Positions 23,946 to 38,273 of a stretch of 64,000 nucleotides of DNA are shown in pieces; position 1 is the first letter of the stretch; every line of letters begins with the position of its first letter. Made by a program: the position numbers and the translations under genes. The stretch is taken from assembly GCF_006345805.1 (NCBI RefSeq), contig NC_043002.1, positions 57,846,001 to 57,910,000 of the forward strand, given 5' to 3'. This stretch comes from Octopus sinensis (taxonomy: Eukaryota). The notes under the pieces were generated by a model. It was not told where the DNA came from. It searched no databases and was given only the letters and a program-made list of their open reading frames with translations.

Positions 23946-25063
23946 TATTCGGGCTAAATTTGACAGTTTGCATCAAAGGGAAATGAAATGCAATATCTCG
24001 CCCGAAAATAAAAGTAATTCTAAAAATCAAAAAATACCAAAGTGATTATTGCTGAGAGATAACAGCTTACACAATGTATCCGCTCCCAACTTCCACCACG
24101 GCTTCGAGGGGACTCTGGAGTCAAGTATGCGCGTTCCTCACTATGTCCCTGAGATCTCCGAATACCTCCTTCATATTGGCCACCAACTCGCGCTGCAGGC
24201 AGAGAAGTTGGAATCTTATGTACCCGCGCCCCATACATACATGACAATCGAAGGAATTAAGAGGTCGGAAAATTGGTACGGTTGGCATTGTAGAAATTCT
24301 CTGACAACCATTTCTGATTCCTTCCACGGTTATGTCAAAGACCCGAATTTTGTTACCACACACATATGGCCTTCTATCAGCAAAACCTCTCCAGCTTGGG
24401 ATTGACTACAATTTGCAGTAGATTCACATAGCCATCTGAATTGAGCCTAAGTCTCTAATTTCTTTATTGCCCACATGGTGCTAAACACAGAGGGGACAAA
24501 CCAGGAGCGACAAAGGGATTAAGTTGATTACATCGACCACAGTGCGTAACTGATACTTAATTTATCGACCCCGAAAGGATGAAAGGCAAAGTCGACCTTG
24601 GGGGAATTTGATCTCAGAACATACAGATATACGAAATAACGCTAAGCATTTCGCCCAGCGTGCTAACGTTTCTGCCAGCTCGCCGCCAAAGTCTAAGTCT
24701 CTATTCAAAGAAGTGGGTCGGCATGACGTCACCCTCACAGGAGACACATTCACACATCATCATAGTCCCTGCTGTTCACGGCTTCGTGGTCTCCGCTGCA
24801 CCTCTCCAAGTCACGTCTTACAGCCTTTAGAGTGTTCGCAGAGCATGGTCTCGGCATGTTCACACCCAGCATGATTCATTATGATACAAGTAACTCTTTT
24901 GCAATATTCAAATGGCTTCCAAACCTCCCTCTCAGCTCAGTTTTTCTCAACTACAACACCATATCTTATGCTCTCCAACGCTGTTACCTTCTCATCTATA
25001 CATGAAGTTGTTACTGAAAATAGGATGGACTAAAAAATCGTCAAATTTAGCCAGAACACCTTA
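23946..25063 (-). mobile_element. Internally deleted DD37D (maT-type) Tc1/mariner element
   Basis: Imperfect TIRs around ggctaaatttgac at both ends; relic peptides NTLKAVRRDLERCSGDHEAV, VSCEGDVMPTHFF..RLNSDGYVNLLQIVV, RPYVW*QNS..H..NQKWLSENFY, LEAVVEVGSGYIV*. Confidence 0.85.
24458..24692 (-). mobile_element. SINE A inserted into the maT transposase
   Basis: TSD ctaagtctcta at 24447-24457 and 24693-24703. Confidence 0.92.
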
Positions 25064-25150
25064 TATATATATATCATATATATATATATATATATATTTC
25101 TTATATATATATATATATATATATTTCAAAATTTAATTATTTAATCGTTA

Positions 25151-25188
25151 CAGTTGAAAAGGTCTCAAAATGACCGAAACCGGTACTG
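25151..25188 (+). ncRNA. Degenerate minimal type-I hammerhead-like motif
   Basis: CAG-ttgaaaa-GGTC-tcaaaat-GACC-GAAA-CCGG-TA-CTG. Confidence 0.55.
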
Positions 25189-25246
25189 AAAGATTCACTA
25201 TAAAATCATCTTAGCATTTACTAATTTTGACTTGTTTTTTCATATA

Positions 25247-25361
<115 letters not shown>

Positions 25362-25463
25362 ATATATAAAAATATATATAAATAGATAGGTTGGCGGGTA
25401 GGTAAGAAGCTTAAAAGGTAGGAAAATAGAACGGTATGTATGTAACTAGGTTGGTATAAATAA

Positions 25464-25507
<44 letters not shown>

Positions 25508-25567
25508 GGACAGACAGGCAGACAGACAGACAGACAGACGGACAGACAGGCAGACAGACAGACAGAC

Positions 25568-25663
<96 letters not shown>

Positions 25664-26639
25664 CGTATGCAAGCAAGTATTTGGAGGGATATATATGTAG
25701 AAATGAAAATACATTGACGTCATTGATTGCAAAGTGCGTAAAGAGGGAGAGAGGGGGGAGGTAGGTAAGAAGGTATTTAGCGAGAGAACTAGGTAGACAA
25801 ATAAAGAGGTTGGTAGAAAGCTAGGGAGAATGAAAAGCGAATAAGCAAGTAGGGAGATATGTATGGATAGATGAATGGGTAGATGGATGTAGATAAATAC
25901 ATAGATCTACATGTATATATCGCTACTATTATGTTAAACTGTCCTATATCCAAATTTGACCAAATGTGGGTTTTTTTGTTTTGTTTTTTTTTTACAATAT
26001 TTTATTTTGCTTGCAATAGCCGGTTCTTTTGGTCAAACTATTATCAAAATTATCAAAGTGTAGTACAACGGATTAGCATTTTTCAAAAGTGTAGTATGTC
26101 CCGCATATGACAGTTTTGCAAAATTATTTCTGACTGAAAATATCATACATGTTTGGAATTATGATTTTATGCACCCAACAAAGTATTATCATTAAGCTGA
26201 AACTGTTGCTAATGTAAAAATAAATAGAATGGTGAAACTATTTTTTCATTTTCTGAAAAAAGCAACGTTTTGGACTAATGACACGTTTGAATAATAGCAA
26301 CGATATGCAGACTGTGAGAAATGATGGTTGACAGGAATGCATCTAGATGGCTAAATAGGCGAGGAGATAGATTAGCAGGTAGAAAGATAGAGAGATAGGT
26401 CTGTAATCAAGTTGGGGCTTAGATAGGTGGGTATGTAGATAAATAGATAAATAGCTTAAGAGGCCGAAACTTCGAAGTCATTGTCAACAACATTCTTGTT
26501 TAAGCATAAACATATCTACATGCGTATGTGTGTGTGCGTGTGTGCGTGTGTATGTGTGTGTGGGGTAGATAGATAGAGACACACACTCTTACATACCTAC
26601 CTACCTACATACATATAAACATATACACATAAATGACTG

Positions 26640-26940
26640 CCACTCAGTCGGTTACGACGACGAGGGTTCCAGTTGATCCGATCAACAGAACAGCTTGCCC
26701 GTGAAATTAACTTGCAAGTGGCTAAGGACTCCGCAAACACGCATACTTTTAACGTAGTTTTTAAGGAGATTCAACGTGACACAGAATGTGACAAGGTTAG
26801 CTATTTGAATGGCAGCTGAGTGAACTCGAGTAACGTGAAATAAAGTATCTTGCTGAAGGACACAATGTGCCGCCGGAAATCGAACTCATCACCAAACGAT
26901 CGTGAACCGAATACACTAACCACTAGGGCAAGCGCCTTCA
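26640..26940 (-). mobile_element. tRNA-derived SINE C
   Basis: Minus: gaaggcgcttgccctagtggttag..gagttcgatttcc..ttgtgtccttcagcaagatact..cactcagctg; tail ..ggaaccctcgtcgtcgtaaccgac. Confidence 0.8.
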
Positions 26941-27299
26941 CACATACATACACACATACAAAAACACTTACATGGTAGTCGTTAGCTTGATTTCTAGTGC
27001 AACCACTTTCTCACTGCATACATATTCCTGTAACAGGCAAACACGTACCTGTTGCAGGCTCACACATCTACCTTGTGGTCTCAGATCACTACCTTGCTTT
27101 CATTTTGTTTTACATTCTTTGTGACATCTATGGCTTATTATTTGGTCGAGAATGACACCTACTACAGCTCCGTCCTTATGCATTTGTCCAAAATGGACTT
27201 TTCAGTCCAGCAATTGAGAAAGACGTCTTTGGACATAAAGAAGTGCAATGATCTGCTGTTTTAGAGATTATATATGTATATGTATATATGTATATATAT

Positions 27300-27356
<57 letters not shown>

Positions 27357-28082
27357 AACATCCCATATTGGTGTCTTAATGTGTGACGTTTATGGATTGG
27401 AGATTCAGTTTTTAAAATTGTAATATCAGAACAGACAGCGCAGGCGAAATTATCCCTGGGTCTTGTACTTTACATATATGCATACATACATGTAAACAAG
27501 CATGTATGCGTGCATACCCTGGGATCTCGACTCCTTTATGAAATAGTAATAACGCTGCCGTGACATAGGGCTTTTGTGGACTGGTGAAGCCCACCACTTC
27601 TCAAGTGGGACCAGAAACAATTTGTTTTTTTCGAAAGAGAGAGAGAGAGAGATAGATGGAGAGAGTGAGGGGGAGAGAGAAAAAGAAAGGGAAGGACAGA
27701 GACAGAGGGAGAAAGAGAAAGAGAAAAGAAGAGAGAGAGAAAGAAATGGACTCCACCACATGACTGGTACTTTTATTTGTGGACTCCGATAAAATGAAAG
27801 GCAAACTTTGACCTCAGCGGGATTTGAACCCACAACGTAAAGAGGCAGAATGATTACTGTAGATCTGTCTACTCGACACTCTATGAATATGTGTGTGTGA
27901 CTCAATAGTTAGCGTGTGAGCGTGTGACAGAGGAAATGAAAGAGAGAGAGAGGGGGAGAACGGAAAATATCACACACACACACACACAAACCCATCCAAT
28001 ATATGTTCCTGCGTGCTTGCAACCCACTAAAACTGTTTGCAATCGGAAGGTTCAATGCGTTAGTCCTGCTAGTTCCGTGTTA

Positions 28083-28560
28083 ACATTCTACGCAATTATA
28101 TATTAAAATCTCCCTCACTGTATGTGTGTGCGTGTATATACATTCCATGTGATTATATATTCTTTTCTACTCTGGGCACAAGGCCCGAAATCTTGGGGGA
28201 AGGGGCCAGTCGATTAGATCGATCCAGTACACAACTGATACTTAATTTATCGACCCCGAAAGGATGAAAGGCAAAGTCGACCTCGGCGGAATTTGAACCC
28301 GCCACCTTCATGCGATTATATATTAAAATACTCCTGACTGTGTGTTTATATATGCATTCTTTGCGTATCACTATCTCATTGAATGTGTGTATATACACAT
28401 TCTACGTGATTGTGCATTAAAATCTCCCTCACTGTATGTACATATGTATTCTATGTGACTGAGTATATGTGTGGCCTTGTGTGTGTATATGTGCATTCTA
28501 CGTGACTGTGTATACATGTGTCCCTGACTTTGTGCACATAGGCATTCTGTGATGGCGTAT
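28083..28560 (+). repeat. Degenerate about 50-bp minisatellite containing a minus-strand SINE A piece (about 28165-28300)
   Basis: Recurrent cattctacgtgatt..ttaaaatctccctcactgtatg units. Confidence 0.75.
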
Positions 28561-29069
28561 ATGTACATCTGTGGTGGGGGTGAGTCTAAATTTCGTGATT
28601 AAATGAATCTATGTGACTCTGTGACTGTGTGTGTGTGTGTGTGTGTATGAATTGTCAGTGCGAGTGTATATGTGTGTCACTGACTGTGTGAATGTGTGTG
28701 TGTGTGTGGTGTGTGTGTGTGTGTGGCACGGAGTGTGTGAGTATATGTTACGCTGCTCCAGTGTTATCCTGTTTGTGCGTGTGTCCCTGTCTCCGATATC
28801 GCATCAATTGAGGAAGTGTTCAGATGCTTCCCATTGTAGCAGCCGCCGAAAATAAATAGTGGAAAATGTTGTTAAGAGACAAGGCAAGCTGTTGCCTCTA
28901 TCTGACGGTGAGCGCACAGGAAAATAATTGCATACACACAAACACACTCTCCCATATATACGTGTGTGCGTACGCATACATTTATATAGAAATACACAAA
29001 CGCATACATACTTCTACATGTAAGCGTTTATACACACACACACACACACACACATACACATACACGTAC

Positions 29070-29119
<50 letters not shown>

Positions 29120-29129
<10 letters not shown>

Positions 29130-29300
29130 TCCTTTATTCCTTTCTTTACTTCTTTCAGTCATTAGACAGCGGCCATGTTGGGGCACCGCCTTTAGTCGAA
29201 CAAATCGACCGCAGAACTTATTCTTTCCAAGCCTAGTACTTATTCTATCGGTCTTTTTTGCCGAACCGCTAAGTTACGGGGACGTAAACGCCACACCATC
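29120..29300 (-). mobile_element. SINE B 3' half
   Basis: Reverse complement of the B tail. Confidence 0.8.
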
Positions 29301-29401
29301 GATTGTCACATGTTTGCCTTTACGTTCGCTTGCAGTAAAAAGCAGTCTTATATTAACGTTGTGGGTTACTCTATAGTTTTGTAGGGTACAAATTAATTAT
29401 T

Positions 29402-29595
29402 CTTAAACAAGAATACTGTTAACAGTGACTTCGAAGTATCCATCCTTAAACCTTATTATCCCTACACCAAAACCCACACACCCAGTGAAGATTTAACTCA
29501 ACAGGGATTATACAAATGTGAGATTAGCTTTAATGCATGGAAGTCCGACGATGGCCGAAACTTCGAACTCCCTGTCAATAATACTCTTGTTTAAC
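29402..29595. mobile_element. Small element with 36-bp imperfect inverted ends containing a hammerhead-like 3' half (third copy at 26462-26504)
   Basis: 29402-29437 vs 29560-29595; ccgacga-tggcc-GAAACTTCGAACTC; 26462 copy reads ggccGAAACTTCGAAGTC. Confidence 0.55.
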
Positions 29596-30682
29596 AATAA
29601 GTATATATGTGTGTGCATGTGTAAAACATTACATATATGTGTGCATATATATATATATGTGTGTGTTTGCGAGCGTGCCTGTGTGTGTATGTGTGTGTAT
29701 GCGTGTATGGGTGTGTATGTGTGTGTATGCGTGTGTGTGTATGTTTGTGTGTGTGTATGCGTGTATGAATGTGTATGTGTGTGTATGCGTGTGTGTGTGT
29801 TTGTGTGTGTGTATGTGTGTGTATGCGTGTATGGGTGTGTATGTGTGTATGCGTGTGTGTGTGTGTGTTTGTGTGTGTGTATGTGTGTGTATGCGTGTAT
29901 GGATGTGTATGTGTGTATGTATGTTTGCGCCTGTGTGTGCATGTGTGTGTATATATATGTGTATGCTTGTATGTATGCATGTGTGTGTGTGTGTGTGTGT
30001 GTGTGTATAGGCACGTTCGCATAAACTCATTCGTACTGACAAGACGCATTCGATGCAAAAAAAAGACAATAGGTAATGAAATAAATAAATAAATACATTC
30101 AATAAATAAATAAATAAATAAGTGTATCTTTATTTATACTCAGGGGCAGATAAATCTGTTTTTCACAAACATGCACACACACGCGCGCGCAGGGTGGGGT
30201 TGGCGTCTAGATAGAGAGAAATAAATAGATATTTGCAATGAGACAACTATTTTCATGTATGCTTGTGTGTGTGTGTGTGTGCGTGTGTGTGTTTGCAAGT
30301 GTATGTGTTTATGTGTTTGTGTGCGTGTTTGTGTAAGCGTATGTGTGTAAGTGTGTGTGTGTGTAAGCGTGTGTAAGTGTGTGTGTGTGTGTGTATGTGT
30401 GTGAGTTTGCGCGTGTGTGTCGTAATATCCTCCCGCAGACTTACTCTGCTGATTTTTACTGTTGCCTTGCTGCAGTCACTGCTGCTGCTGTTGTTGTGTT
30501 GTTGTTGTTGTTGTTGTTGCTGCTGTTGTTGCTGCTGCTGCTGCTGTTGCTGTTACTACAACAACATCTATTACTATTACTACTACGACGACGATAACGA
30601 CGACAACCACCCTCACCCTCACCCTCACCAGCACCACCACCACCACTACTACTGCTAAAATAAAATAAGATTGATGGCGATA

Positions 30683-30732
<50 letters not shown>

Positions 30733-30970
30733 AAGACGATGGGGATGAAGAGGAGGGTGAAGAGGATAACGATAACAATGTTGAACATGATGATGATGAT
30801 GATGATGATGATGGATGATGATGGTCTCTTGGAGTATCTTTTACTAATTATATTATATTTTATTGTCGATATTAATAAAAAAAAATAAAGCATTTAAGCT
30901 CAATAAACAGTGACAAACATTTTCATGTTTATATAATAATAATAATAATAATAACAACAACAGCAACAAC

Positions 30971-31022
<52 letters not shown>

Positions 31023-31561
31023 TAATAAGCATAATAGTAATAGTACCAATAGCAACAACATTAGAGCTGGTACTCTGGTTGTTGCTGCTACTGCTGCTGC
31101 TGCTGCTGCTGCTGTTTCCCTTGTCACTGTTGCTGCAGTTGCTGCCGTTACTCTCTGCCACTGCTGCTGCTGCTGCTGCTACCGCTGCGGCTTCTGCTGC
31201 TGCTTGTGCTGTTCTCATTTCTGGTTGTACCGTTCTCTTTACCAGTTGTCCACTACGGAACAGCGTTAAAGGGAAGCTGATTAGACAAATCTAGAAACAC
31301 ATCTCGTGTGTGTGTGCGTCGTGTAGTTGATGTATAGCAACAGATAGATTGTATACATCATTAGATATAGACATACAGATATATATATATATATATGTAC
31401 ATGTAAATATATATATCTAGCTATATAATTTGGTGTGCGTATATATACAACCGTGGGTAAATAGAACCGTCTTGTGGTATATTCTCTCATCTCGAGTGGT
31501 AACAGGCGTTATCATCGCTTGCAACAAGAGTCTTCCTCACACAAGACACGTGCCAGCGCTG

Positions 31562-31639
31562 ATGAGCCCCAGGATGTGGACGAAAGCGGTTTTCGTTATC
31601 TGTCTCCTCTTTATTGGAGTTGACAGTGTCTTCGGAAAG
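31562..31639 (+). CDS. Probable first coding exon: signal peptide of a secreted or membrane protein (MSPRMWTKAVFVICLLFIGVDSVFGK)
   Basis: Unique non-repeat sequence, basic n-region, hydrophobic h-region, V-F-G c-region, phase-0 donor AAG|gtcagt at 31640. Downstream exons not identified. Confidence 0.5.
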
Positions 31640-32473
31640 GTCAGTCTTTCTCTCTATATATATAAATATATGTGTGTATATATGTATATGTTTTATATAC
31701 TTTTTATAATTGTTTTATTTATTTATTTCCTATATATATTTGCTTCAATGTTTACAAGTACCACGACACACACACATATTCATGTATATATATTTATGTG
31801 TGCACATATATTTGTGTGTGTATATATACATATACATATATACATATATATACATATATATATATATATATACATACATATGTATACACACACAGACACA
31901 CACATATATATGTGTGTATGGATGCGTATACGTACATACGAAAAGAGAAGAGACGTAGAAGAGGGGCGTGTGAGAGCGAGAGACATCACACAAAGAATAA
32001 AAAAAGAGAGAGGGTGAAAAAATATAACGTACGTCTGTGTGTACGTCTATTTGTAATTTGTACGGATGTATTTGTGTATATATGTACACACAGACATACA
32101 CACATATATGTACGTATAAGCATTTATGCGTATGTGTGTATGTGCATGTGTGATATAAGTATTTTTTGTGTTATATGTATAGATATATATATACCCACTC
32201 GTACGCACACGCATATACTTATGTATGTACATTTTTGTATACGTGTGTATATATGTATTTACATACAAGAGACAGATCGTACATAGTAAGATTAGCCATG
32301 CACCAGAGACACTTAAAGGGGAGAATACAGAGAGAAAATATTTGCCATAGACAAGCTAGGTATATACACAAGGAAAACACTTGGCTATATACGTTTACTG
32401 CATGATACATACACACATACACACATACATTCATACACACATACACACATACACACATACATACATGCATACA

Positions 32474-32518
<45 letters not shown>

Positions 32519-32519
32519 G

Positions 32520-32591
<72 letters not shown>

Positions 32592-33239
32592 ATATAGATA
32601 TATGTATGTATGTATGTATGTATATATACACGTACATTCATATATATATATATGTATACGCAGAGCAGCTACTTGCAAATATGCAAGATAGATATCTACA
32701 CAGTGGAAAGACTTACGTAAACAAGTTGCGTATATATACAGAGAACAAACACTTGCATATGTGTCTGTGTGTATGTGTGTATATACACACATAAACCACT
32801 TTGCTAGTTGCATGCTTGGTATATATATATATATACATTTATATATATATATATATATATATGTGTGTGGTGTGTGTGTGTGTGTATAAAGAGAAAACGT
32901 GTGAGAGACACATAGAGACAGACGGTCGGACGGACAGGCAGGCAGTCAGACAGGAAGAAAGAGAGAAGGCAGAAGAAAATACACATTATGTTGTTCTTTA
33001 ACCAATTATCTGTCATCAGTCAGTTTGGTTAGCTGTCTGACTGAATGTCTGCTCAGCAGGTGCACGTTTTGTGCTGTTCGACAGATGACAGTTGATTTGG
33101 GATGTTAGACAGGAGGAGACGGATTTATCCACGGATAACATCGATGAAACATTAAAACAACAACAACAACAACAACAATAATAATAATAATAGTAATGAT
33201 AATAATAATGATAATAATATAACGTCTAATTTTGGCACA

Positions 33240-33850
33240 AAGCCAGCAGTGACGAGAGGTGGGTGGTAGTCGATTACAACGACCTCTGTGCTCAACTTGT
33301 AATTATTTTATCGCTCCCACCAAAAAGATAAAAAATAAAGTCAACCTCGGCGGAATTTGAACGCAGAATGCTTGTACGCATTTTGTCCCACATGCTCATA
33401 ATACTGCCTGCTCGCTTTAATAATAATTCTTTCAGTTCTAAGCACAAAGAAAAGTTAATTGATTACAGTGACCCCTATACATGACTGGCACTTAATTTAT
33501 CCATCCTGAAAGGATGAAATGTATAGACAACACCGGTGGAATTTGAACTTAAAATATAAAGCTGAAAGAAATGTCGCTAAGCATTCTTGTTCGACGCACA
33601 AACAATTCCTCGAACACGTTGCCTTAGTAATAGCAATATTCCCTTCTACTCTATGAACAAAGCTTGAAATGTTAGGGAACAGGGGTTAGTTGATTGCATC
33701 AATCCCAGAGCTGAACGGGCATCATATTTCATCGAATCCGAAAGGATGATAAGCTAAGTCGAAGTCGGCGAAATTTGAACTCAGAACGTAAAGCCGGAAG
33801 AAATGCCGCTAAGCATTTTGTCCGACGCACTAACGATTCTGCCAGCTCCC
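33240..33850 (-). mobile_element. Three tandem old SINE A copies
   Basis: gaaaggatga..gtcga..ggaatttgaact motif three times. Confidence 0.8.
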
Positions 33851-34738
33851 TGCTTTAATAATAGTAATGATGATGATGATAACGATGATGATGGTAATTA
33901 TTATTATTATTATCATCATACATTGTTATATTTTCTTCTCTATTCAATTGTCTTGATAATTGACTTTGTTGTTATGATGGGTATTCGACGTCAGTCTTAA
34001 TCCTAACTCTCTTCATCAAGTAGATACCAGTAATATCTTGGAAAATGTGACATGGGTGACTATTTACCCTGATTTCAGTAGAAAATCGTAATGTTGCGCA
34101 GTTAATTTTACGTCGTTTTGCGTCCTCGGTTGAAAAATCTTCTCGCAATCTACAGGTTGGTGCTTGTTCTCTGCCTTTCAGAATGCTAGAATCGATTAAG
34201 TAAATAGCAGTAATATCATCGGGGTTATTCAATAGATGTTACTTTATCCTCGACCTCGGACATTATTGTTGTGTTATCGTTATTATTAAGATGATAGTGT
34301 AGCAAACTCCGTAGAGCACCGGTTTAAATTTTTTGTTAAATATAATTCGTTCTCTCTGTGATTGGGGTTCAAATCGTACTAGGAAATGACGTTGAATGTC
34401 ACCCTCCCAGGGGTCAATAGACGTCATCGTCGTCGTTCTTCTTTTTACTACTATGATGCAAGAGACAGACGCGATATTACTTGGGATTAAATTCTTTGTC
34501 GAATATAATATAGTTCGTTCTCTCAAGGATTGAAGTTCAAACTACACTCGGATATAACGTTGCTTCACCCCTACCCAGCGGTCATTAGACGTGGACATAA
34601 TGTGCTTCTTGTATCGTAATCGTTGTTGATGTTGTCATTAAAGTGATATGTTGGCATGCAGAAAAGGGACCACAGCAAGTACTTTTCAGTAATGGGCCTT
34701 TTCTCACGACCGTCTGAGGTCAGATTTCCCAGGTTCTT

Positions 34739-34786
<48 letters not shown>

Positions 34787-34789
34787 ATA

Positions 34790-34935
34790 CCAGTAATATA
34801 ATAGGTGTCAGGTGAACCGCCTATCTCCTCAATATCTTCTTCCATAAATATTATAGCTTCTGACAATGCAAGCGTTCTTGATGATGTTGTTGGGCAGCCA
34901 TAGAGCAGACGTTCCAGAAGTGACCATGACATTAT
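34790..34935 (-). mobile_element. Possible RTE endonuclease-domain relic
   Basis: TLALSEAIIFMEEDIEEIGGSPDTYYITG loosely resembles IAALSETR..EG.L.EVG.GYTFFW.G. Confidence 0.3.
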
Positions 34936-35146
34936 TCCATAAACATTTGTAACCTCTAACTCGCGTAACCTCTCTTATACCACACACACCATATACATAA
35001 TTACATACAAACATACAAACATACATACATACATACATGCATACATACATACATACATACATACACATATACATATACATGTCTATACATATATGTATGT
35101 ACGTAGGTATGTACGTATGTATGTATATATGTATATATATATATAT

Positions 35147-35204
<58 letters not shown>

Positions 35205-35243
35205 CATGTATGTATATACTGTATGTATGTAAGTGTATGTATG

Positions 35244-35280
<37 letters not shown>

Positions 35281-35626
35281 ATATATATAATTATATATAC
35301 ACATACATATATACATATACATACACACATGCATATACATATAATTATAGCATTATATACATTATATATACATATATAAGTGTATGTATGTATATGTAAA
35401 TGTAAGAAGACAGTTTGTGATGTATGATCTAAATTATTAAGCGAATTATCTACTGTTCCTAGCAAATCGAGTGAGCTCTTAACAACGGTTTCATAGACAT
35501 CGATATTGATGTCGCTATTGCTGTTGTTGTTATAGGTGTTGCATCAAGGATTTCTAAATTCCTAACACCCGTCATAAATTCCACGTTTGCGGGTGAGCAA
35601 CGAAATTGTCGTTTTTTCATAACAGT

Positions 35627-36150
35627 TTAATCGTTCTAATACCAACGTGCCTGAAACCGCCTTTGGTTCTTTCATAATAGAACCAAAAGTGATAGAAATT
35701 AAAATCTCCCTTCCAAACACCAGCTTAATAATGACAGTTAGTTTACCAAATTCTTCGTTATTTTCAAAAGTAATTAATACAACGGTGGGATATTTCAATA
35801 GCAATATTGTAACAAATAGGTTAAAGTGATCTAAATTGAAAATCACTAATCAAAATTTCGTGTTAATTAATGTTTCAAACACCAGATTAATAAAGACCAA
35901 ATTAATTTACTAAATTTTTCATCATCTTCAAAATTGATTTGAATAAAGGTGGTATGCTTCAGCGAAAGTATGGTAACAAAAGGGTTAAAGTGATCTGAGT
36001 TAAAACCTTCCATTAAAATTTCATGTTAATTAATGTTCCAAACACCAGATTAATGAAAACTAAATTAATTTACTAAATTCTTCATCATTTTCAAAAATAA
36101 ATGAAATAAAGGTGGTATGTTTCAACAGAAATATGACAGCCAAAGGTTAA
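35627..36150 (+). mobile_element. TTAA-ended MITE with triplicated about 163-bp 3' segment
   Basis: Right-end motif (g)gttaa at 35821-35824, 35985-35988 and 36147-36150. Confidence 0.75.
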
Positions 36151-37480
36151 AGCTTGTCAGTTTTTACTAAAACGTTTTCATCTGCTATTATTTCATTTTT
36201 AGTGAATCATTCCCTGAAAGCTGCCTTGCAGCAACCTCTGCTTCCTTTTTTATTCCACCTATAATACCCCACACCTAATTTGATTCAGAATGATTATCCT
36301 TGCTTGCAGAAAACTACCGAAATTAAATTTGAAATTTTTTTTTTTTTTTTTGGTAATGTCATAATTACCTAACATAATTTGAAACACTTACAATCAGGTT
36401 CATTCGTGGAGATTTTTTCTGTTTTTTGTTTTCATTTTCTTTTATTATTTGGTCTTTAGAATCTTATGTGGCATATTCCAAGCAAATGAATGTCTTGAAT
36501 TCTTCTAGAAATGGCAGTGAAAGATCGTAATGACACGAAGAGAAATAAGTGCTGTCAGAATGCTGAAAGGAAAAAAGCTTAAATAAGGTGTTGCGAACGA
36601 GAAATATAAGTGGTCTCAACACAAGAAACAAACGCTCACACACATATACCTATAAAAATATACCTATACACATATACACATTCACAGATAGATACATACA
36701 TACGTGTGTGTGTATTAATCTCGCGTTTTACTTTGAATCAATGTACATTGCAAGATTTTCAACTCAAGCCAAGCACAACTCCTCCGAATGCTTATTGGAA
36801 TATCCGTGTAAATGGAGACGGAATAGGCAAGTTTGTGCCTGCATCAAGTCACATAACTTGCAATGAGCTTTTCTACTAAACGCACAAAGCCGGAAATTTT
36901 GGTGGGATGTGGGGGTCTTTGATTACATCGACACCATTATTCAACTGGTACCTATTTTATCGATTCCGAAAGGATGAAAGGCAAAGTATATAAAAAGGAT
37001 CTTAGGAAAAATTCATGATGCCGTCGTCACATTGAAACAAAGGTTTTGAATTAAAAATGATTAATTATATAAAAGGAGAGAGTAACACAAACCTTTTGCG
37101 AGAAAGGTTCTGTGCTGTGTATGTAAGCGCTCTACGTTGTTTTCAGTAATGTGAATGTATGTATGTATGTATGTATGTATGTATGTATGTATGTATGTAT
37201 GTATGAAGGCATTATTTCATTGTTTTTGGAAAGCATAGTCGTTGTGTGAATTTAGCCGAAAATAGACATAAGATGGCATGACTATTTTTGGTTTACCTTA
37301 TTTTTATAATATACAATATGGTGCTGCAATTTTCAAGCCAAATTGTACGCCATATATACATGCAAAAATACACACACACAAATATGCATATATATTGTAT
37401 ATATACATATATATATGTATGAGAGTGTGTGTGTATGTATATGTACGTATATATAAATATGCATGTATTTTGTATGTATG

Positions 37481-37551
<71 letters not shown>

Positions 37552-38273
37552 TATATATAAACAAATCAAATTGCGATAAAATAAAAATAATTATAATCGC
37601 TGGTATTACTAACACAAGCCATATATTTTTCATATATCAGTACATTAAGGCGAAATATGTGCTAGGAATACAGAAGCTTGATAAATTAAGTGAAATGAAG
37701 ATAAAAACATTTATATATATATACATATATTAATATATGTATACACGTACGCAGACAAGCATACATACACGCATACGAACATATGCTCACATATGCATTC
37801 ATATATGCATTCGTATGTACAGGTGTTAGAAATCAGAGACAGCCTTTGAGGCTGATGTCAAAGAATTATAAAAGTAACACACACGCACATACAACGATAT
37901 ATAAACATGTATACACATGTATTATATACATATATATATAGACACATACATATATATACATATGCATATATACATATACATGCTTGTATACATGCATGCA
38001 TGTGTAATTGTATATATATTCATTTTCTCTGTTAGAAAAATATAAATATACATATACAAATTCAAGACACATGTATCCATACGTAACTACATACTTATTT
38101 ACACACAACCTTCCATACATACATGCACACATACACACACAAAACATATATATACGTATGTGCATCCATATACAGAAGCAACAAACGGAATCATACATTC
38201 CTGCATATAAACAAATACATACATACATACATAAATACATACATACATACATACATACATACATGCATGCATA

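Noticed and set aside
24049-24405. 118-aa plus-strand ORF that looks protein-like
   Set aside because: It is the antisense shadow of the minus-strand maT transposase relic.
36460-36530. Strong polypyrimidine acceptor as exon 2 of the 31562 gene
   Set aside because: The phase-0 frame hits a stop after nine codons.
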